Positions 15,596 to 20,000 of a stretch of 20,000 nt of DNA are shown piece after piece. The notes below the pieces were generated by a model. That model searched no databases. It worked only from the letters and a program-made list of their open reading frames with translations, and was not told where the DNA came from. Numbering within the stretch: position 1 is the first letter of the stretch; each line of letters starts with the position of its first letter. The translations under genes were made by a program, and so were the position numbers. Source of the DNA: an uncultured virus (IMG/VR IMGVR_UViG_3300001486_000425) (lineage: Duplodnaviria > Heunggongvirae > Uroviricota > Caudoviricetes); the IMG/VR virus record IMGVR_UViG_3300001486_000425, one strand, 5' to 3'.

Positions 15596-16378
15596 TTATT
15601 TTTCAGTAACAATTTTATATTTTTTAATTAAATCAGGATTTTCATAGATATAATTACTTAATGTATTAACATCTACATATACTTTATATCCATATAAAGT
15701 AAGTTGCGCAAATTCTTTTTTGCCTACTCTTCCTTTTTTAATTTGATAATAAATATAATTTTGATCTTTATAACTTTGACTTCCATAAGGAGATAAAGTT
15801 ATTTGTTTTTGTGACTGTAAAATATCTTTTATATCGTCTTGACTTTCAAAATATAAAATTTTAAATTTATCGTTTGTAAAATCTAATTGAAATTCATAAT
15901 TTTTATATATTATTCCTAAAGATCTTACACTACTAGAACCTGGTTGTTTATATAATCTAAATACATTATCAGGAGTAAAATGTTTTAATTTTATGTCAGC
16001 TATTTCTTCTTGTAAAATACTTGCATTAAACCATTTACCAAATTCACTATCTAAAGTTGTATCTAAAAAATTATCTAATAAAATAGGATTATCTAAAAGC
16101 TCATTTATTCCTATGTCTTGAATATGTAAATGTTTTGCAGTAGAATTTTCTGTTTTAGATATATCAAATAAACAATCACTATAATGTTTATAAAATGAAA
16201 CAAAAAATGATTTATTATTTGCAGCATATTCACAAAAACAAGAATCTGATAACATTTTTATATTTTTAAGCTCTATTTGAATACCTTTTTTATAAGTATA
16301 AGTATAAAAAGTTTCTATTTTTATTGGAAAAGTATATTTAAAAAAGAATTCTAAATTTTCTTTTTGTTCAGCAGTCAT
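15596..16378 (-). CDS. Hypothetical protein
   Basis: 260 aa ORF, AAGGAG SD. Confidence 0.88.
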   Translation of the reverse strand: MTAEQKENLEFFFKYTFPIKIETFYTYTYKKGIQIELKNIKMLSDSCFCEYAANNKSFFVSFYKHYSDCLFDISKTENSTAKHLHIQDIGINELLDNPILLDNFLDTTLDSEFGKWFNASILQEEIADIKLKHFTPDNVFRLYKQPGSSSVRSLGIIYKNYEFQLDFTNDKFKILYFESQDDIKDILQSQKQITLSPYGSQSYKDQNYIYYQIKKGRVGKKEFAQLTLYGYKVYVDVNTLSNYIYENPDLIKKYKIVTEK

Positions 16379-16381
16379 GTA

Positions 16382-16693
16382 TTATTCTCCTTTATATTTA
16401 TCATATAAATATTCGCACATTTCAACAATTTTTGCAACTTGAGCTTTATTAACATTACAAGTATCATTATTTATTCTAATAAATCTTGAATAAGTTCGTT
16501 GATCATCATATTCCATTTTATTATATAAATCTGTATTAAATAATTTAAACTTTAAAGTTACATGATTTACATTTTGATATATTGCAATTGTAACAAAATC
16601 TTTATATCTAAATCCAGTTATTTTTGTATCGTTAATTTGTTCATCAATTTCTTTAAATCTAACAAAATCTTCAGGTAAATTTATTTTTGTCAT
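16382..16693 (-). CDS. Hypothetical protein
   Basis: 103 aa ORF, AAGGTG SD. Confidence 0.83.
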   Translation of the reverse strand: MTKINLPEDFVRFKEIDEQINDTKITGFRYKDFVTIAIYQNVNHVTLKFKLFNTDLYNKMEYDDQRTYSRFIRINNDTCNVNKAQVAKIVEMCEYLYDKYKGE

Positions 16694-16704
16694 ATTAACA
16701 CCTT

Positions 16705-17145
16705 TTAATGTTCACTCCAAGTTATATACCAACCAAATTCATCAGTATCTAATTGACAATATAAATAATCATCATGACCATCATATTTTTCATATATATT
16801 ACCGCAGATAAAGTTAGTCAATGCAATATCATTGAATCTATATGCAATGTCTTCAGCATTCACATCTTTAGGATGTGACTTGCAAGATTTTATACAAGAA
16901 ATAATATTTTCATTACTTCCATTATAAATAATCTCATCTACTCCATGACTATATAACCAATTGATTAATTTTTCAGCTTTTTCATTGTTTAAAGATCTTA
17001 CCCAAGCTCTTATAATATCACCATGAGCTGAATCTTCACTTAAATTAACTGTAGAAGGTAATTTACATCCTTCTGTTTTACTAATAATTAAAGCGTGAAC
17101 ACTAGAACTATTTGTTTCAAAAAATGATTGTCTAATTTGTAACAC
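16705..17145 (-). CDS. Protein with N-terminal IRxxxFETNSSSVH motif
   Basis: 146 aa; GTG start with AAGGAG SD; MLQIRQSFFETNSSSVHALIIS. Confidence 0.88.
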   Translation of the reverse strand: MLQIRQSFFETNSSSVHALIISKTEGCKLPSTVNLSEDSAHGDIIRAWVRSLNNEKAEKLINWLYSHGVDEIIYNGSNENIISCIKSCKSHPKDVNAEDIAYRFNDIALTNFICGNIYEKYDGHDDYLYCQLDTDEFGWYITWSEH

Positions 17146-17156
17146 TGTTATTCTCC

Positions 17157-17585
17157 TTAATAATGATATTGTTTAATATTTGTCCAACCTTCTTTTTCAA
17201 GATCCTCAATTATATGCTCTGTATAATTATTATCTGTATCAAAAGATTTTGATTCTGAATTAAATATAAAATCAGCCATTTCTCTATCAGAACTAAATAC
17301 TCCAAGGCCTTTTGTATCTTCATCTTCTAAATCAAAGATAATATTTACACCATTTTTATTAAGAAATGTTAAAAAAGCCTCAGCTTTATTTTGCTCATCT
17401 GCAATGTCATAACATATTTGTATCTTATTTTTTACACAATCTCCATCATTGTATTCCCATCTATTTGCTACTAGTTCACTGAATCTTATTTCAGATGGAA
17501 TTTCTCTTGTGCCTCCATTAGAAATACAAAATACATGTACTGAGGAACTGTTAGTTTCCCATTGTTTTATTCTTATACTAATCAT
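17157..17585 (-). CDS. Protein with N-terminal IRxxxWETNSSSVH motif
   Basis: 142 aa; AAGGAG SD; MISIRIKQWETNSSSVHVFCIS. Confidence 0.88.
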   Translation of the reverse strand: MISIRIKQWETNSSSVHVFCISNGGTREIPSEIRFSELVANRWEYNDGDCVKNKIQICYDIADEQNKAEAFLTFLNKNGVNIIFDLEDEDTKGLGVFSSDREMADFIFNSESKSFDTDNNYTEHIIEDLEKEGWTNIKQYHY

Positions 17586-17636
17586 CTAAAACTCCTTTAT
17601 ATTTATCATTTTAAAAGTAAATTTATTTTTATAATA

Positions 17637-18098
17637 TTAACTATCAGCTAAATTAGTACCAAATATTTTATCTATTTTCTGTAAAGATTCATATGCATCT
17701 ATAATATCATAAAAATTATTATTTGCATATTTTAATAATTTTTCTCCAAATTTTGTAAGAGTTACATTTATAATCTCTTTATCATTCCACATGATATATT
17801 CTATTTCTTCGCCATTATTTTTTATATAAAAATTTGCAGGATCTCCATTACTGCGTTTTCTAATTATAGAAAATTTTGAATTAGCTGGTAATATTATATA
17901 ACCATTTTCTTTAATAATACAACCAAATTTTTTATACATAGGAATAAAGCCTTCTGGATCATCTTTTTCAATATTATCTAATTCATCCATTTCCCATTCT
18001 TCTGTATTACTAAAACTGTTAGATTCAAATAATTTATCAAATAATTCTTTATAATCACAATACAAAATTGATTCTATTTCTTTTGCGAATAATTCCAT
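17637..18098 (-). CDS. Hypothetical protein
   Basis: 153 aa ORF, AAGGAG SD. Confidence 0.85.
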   Translation of the reverse strand: MELFAKEIESILYCDYKELFDKLFESNSFSNTEEWEMDELDNIEKDDPEGFIPMYKKFGCIIKENGYIILPANSKFSIIRKRSNGDPANFYIKNNGEEIEYIMWNDKEIINVTLTKFGEKLLKYANNNFYDIIDAYESLQKIDKIFGTNLADS

Positions 18099-18111
18099 TT
18101 TTATTTGCTCC

Positions 18112-18561
18112 TTAAATATTTCTCAAGTTAATTATGATTTTATTATCATATGTTTGATGCTCAATAGTATCTTTAAAACTAAAAACTCCATCTTTATACA
18201 TATATAAATTAGGCTTTGGAAATATATCTAATCCTAAATTTGAAATTTTATGTTTTAAACTTTCCCAAGCATCATCAATATTAGAAATATTATCTTGATT
18301 TACTCCATTTGAAATTACATAATCTAAGATCATACAATTACTTGAAGTAAGTGTAATTCTAACATTACCTCTATTTTCTTTTCCAAAAGACAAAATAACT
18401 TCAACTCTATTATCACCAGATCTTAAAGCATCTTCACATAATTTTTGCAATTTACGCTCAAATTCTGGTCCATTTATAAGTTCTTCTACTTCATATTTAA
18501 GATCAATAAATTGACCACTTGCCTGCTTTACTGTTTTTAATTTATCTAAACTAAATGTCAT
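18112..18561 (-). CDS. Hypothetical protein
   Basis: 149 aa; ATGA overlap with the upstream gene. Confidence 0.85.
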   Translation of the reverse strand: MTFSLDKLKTVKQASGQFIDLKYEVEELINGPEFERKLQKLCEDALRSGDNRVEVILSFGKENRGNVRITLTSSNCMILDYVISNGVNQDNISNIDDAWESLKHKISNLGLDIFPKPNLYMYKDGVFSFKDTIEHQTYDNKIIINLRNI

Positions 18562-19202
18562 ATTCTCACCGTTCCTTTATGATATTTTATATTTGTTGCT
18601 GCCAAAAATTTATAAATTGTATTTTGTAAAATTTTATTAATTCCATTTAATGCAGTTGTTTTAAGATCAGGTAAATCATAAGTTATTTCATCTATATAAC
18701 CATCTGGATAAATTTCAGTTTTATAATCTATATTAAAATCAATAACATATTTATGATTTTTATGATCTATATCTACAACTGTTGCACTATTTATATCAAA
18801 ATAGTCTGTATTATACATATCTCTAAAAAATTTTTCTAAATTAACAGCAAATGAATCTTCTGTTATATATTCAATAGAACTCAATGTATCAATCGCAGCA
18901 TTTATTTCATCTTCTATATCTTTAAATTTATCAAATAATTTATATAAATTGTCATCTTCATCATTTATTGAAAAAAGAAAATTATGCTCATATTTAAATA
19001 ATTTAGCAAGTGTTTCATCATCTAAATTTTTAATTTTAAGATAATCAGCTCTTGTAAGATTACAATCTTCTTCAATAAAATTTATAATATCATCTTCTGT
19101 CCAATCGCCTTCAAATGTTACTTGTATAGTAGCATCTTTTATTATACAGGATTCTGAATTGTTATCATAACCATCATTTTTATCAATTTCACTCCAAGAC
19201 AT
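18558..19202 (-). CDS. Acidic hypothetical protein
   Basis: 214 aa ORF, AAGGAG SD, D/E rich. Confidence 0.87.
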   Translation of the reverse strand: MSWSEIDKNDGYDNNSESCIIKDATIQVTFEGDWTEDDIINFIEEDCNLTRADYLKIKNLDDETLAKLFKYEHNFLFSINDEDDNLYKLFDKFKDIEDEINAAIDTLSSIEYITEDSFAVNLEKFFRDMYNTDYFDINSATVVDIDHKNHKYVIDFNIDYKTEIYPDGYIDEITYDLPDLKTTALNGINKILQNTIYKFLAATNIKYHKGTVRI

Positions 19203-19215
19203 ATTAATCTCCTTT

Positions 19216-19398
19216 TTAATATTCTACAAAAATAATAAGTTTACCATCTCTAATTTCACACCAAGTTACATCAAGATTTGAATTTCTAAATTTATCAGGT
19301 GTATTTAAAAGAAAACCATGATATAAAACTCCATTTATATTCTCAATCTGTATTCTTGTATTATTATCAAATTTTGAAAGTAATGTTTGTAACTCCAT
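19216..19398 (-). CDS. Small hypothetical protein
   Basis: 60 aa ORF, AAGGAG SD. Confidence 0.8.
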   Translation of the reverse strand: MELQTLLSKFDNNTRIQIENINGVLYHGFLLNTPDKFRNSNLDVTWCEIRDGKLIIFVEY

Positions 19399-19408
19399 AT
19401 ATTTCTCC

Positions 19409-19894
19409 TTAAAAATTTGTATATAAAAAATAATCGTTAGTTATATCAAGCTTATAAGCTAAATTTTTAAATATTGCTTTTAAAATATTATTTAATATTT
19501 CTTTATTTTCTGAATCTGACTGAAGATCATCAAAAGTAAAGCATAAAGTGTCAGAATTAAAATTATATATAAAATCTATATAACCAGTAATTATATATTC
19601 ATTTTCTAGGTCATGACATTTTACTTTTGTAGAAAATGTAGCGCATAATTCTTGACCTTCTATATTAAATCCAAAATTTTTAGGCGATCCTTCAAATTTT
19701 AAAAATATTATCAAGTCTGGTGATATAAAAATTTGTAATTCAAAATTATAATTAAACATTCTATTATTAAAAATTTCATATATAAGTTCGTTATATTCAG
19801 CTTCATCTAATAATATTAATTTATTTAATAAAGAATCACATCTATTGTTTTTACACGCTTTATTATATTTATCCATTAATTCTTCAATTTTCAT
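19409..19894 (-). CDS. Hypothetical protein
   Basis: 161 aa ORF, GAGGT SD. Confidence 0.85.
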   Translation of the reverse strand: MKIEELMDKYNKACKNNRCDSLLNKLILLDEAEYNELIYEIFNNRMFNYNFELQIFISPDLIIFLKFEGSPKNFGFNIEGQELCATFSTKVKCHDLENEYIITGYIDFIYNFNSDTLCFTFDDLQSDSENKEILNNILKAIFKNLAYKLDITNDYFLYTNF

Positions 19895-20000
19895 ACTAAA
19901 CCTCTAAATTTTTTATCTCTTAATAATATTTTACTATCTTTCATAATATGATTTATTGTATTTATACTAATTTTTTCATATAATTCATTAGAAATATTTT
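19891..20000 (-). CDS. Hypothetical protein, 3' end only
   Basis: Open frame from the window edge, NISNELYEK...KFRGLV*, ending in a TGA that overlaps the next ATG (ATGA). Confidence 0.65.
   Translation of the reverse strand, partial: NISNELYEKISINTINHIMKDSKILLRDKKFRGLV

Noticed and set aside
2134..19202. Weak similarity among acidic ORFs 2134-2532, 13166-13711 and 18558-19202 (hydrophobic strand, F, then T/S-EED/DEE)
   Set aside because: Too short and compositionally biased to support homology without a profile search.
1..20000. Stop-codon recoding (TAG or TGA reassignment seen in some large gut phages)
   Set aside because: The standard code already gives near-complete coding density, with SD-led ORFs that are not fragmented; TGA is used as a coupled stop.
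1..20000. CRISPR array, tRNA or rRNA genes; TnpB as a Cas12f-like effector
   Set aside because: No regularly spaced repeat-spacer units. Intergenic gaps are short and AT-rich with no cloverleaf motifs, and the three module copies are kilobases apart.

Overview
AT-rich, densely coding 20 kb segment. About 40 genes, nearly all short hypotheticals, lie on the minus strand with strong AGGAG-type Shine-Dalgarno sites and mostly TAA stops. This looks like the accessory or early region of a large phage, probably with a Bacillota host. That is an inference: no structural or replication hallmark gene is present. Recognisable proteins are (1) an orphan TnpB at 299-1615 with a rearranged RuvC-II and no Zn finger, flanked by short periodic repeats reminiscent of IS607 ends, (2) an AAA-kinase/HD-domain PNK-like protein at 14658-15554, apparently translated from a leaderless mRNA, and (3) a stand-alone protein made of two topoisomerase-C-terminal-like repeats at 11156-11650. 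The most unexplained signals are three proteins sharing an N-terminal MxxIRxxx(F/W)ETNSSS motif conserved at the protein level, a ~70-bp intergenic module (conserved motif plus terminator-like hairpin) present three times, several extremely acidic DNA-mimic-like proteins, and several paralog pairs. No rRNA, tRNA or CRISPR array was seen.
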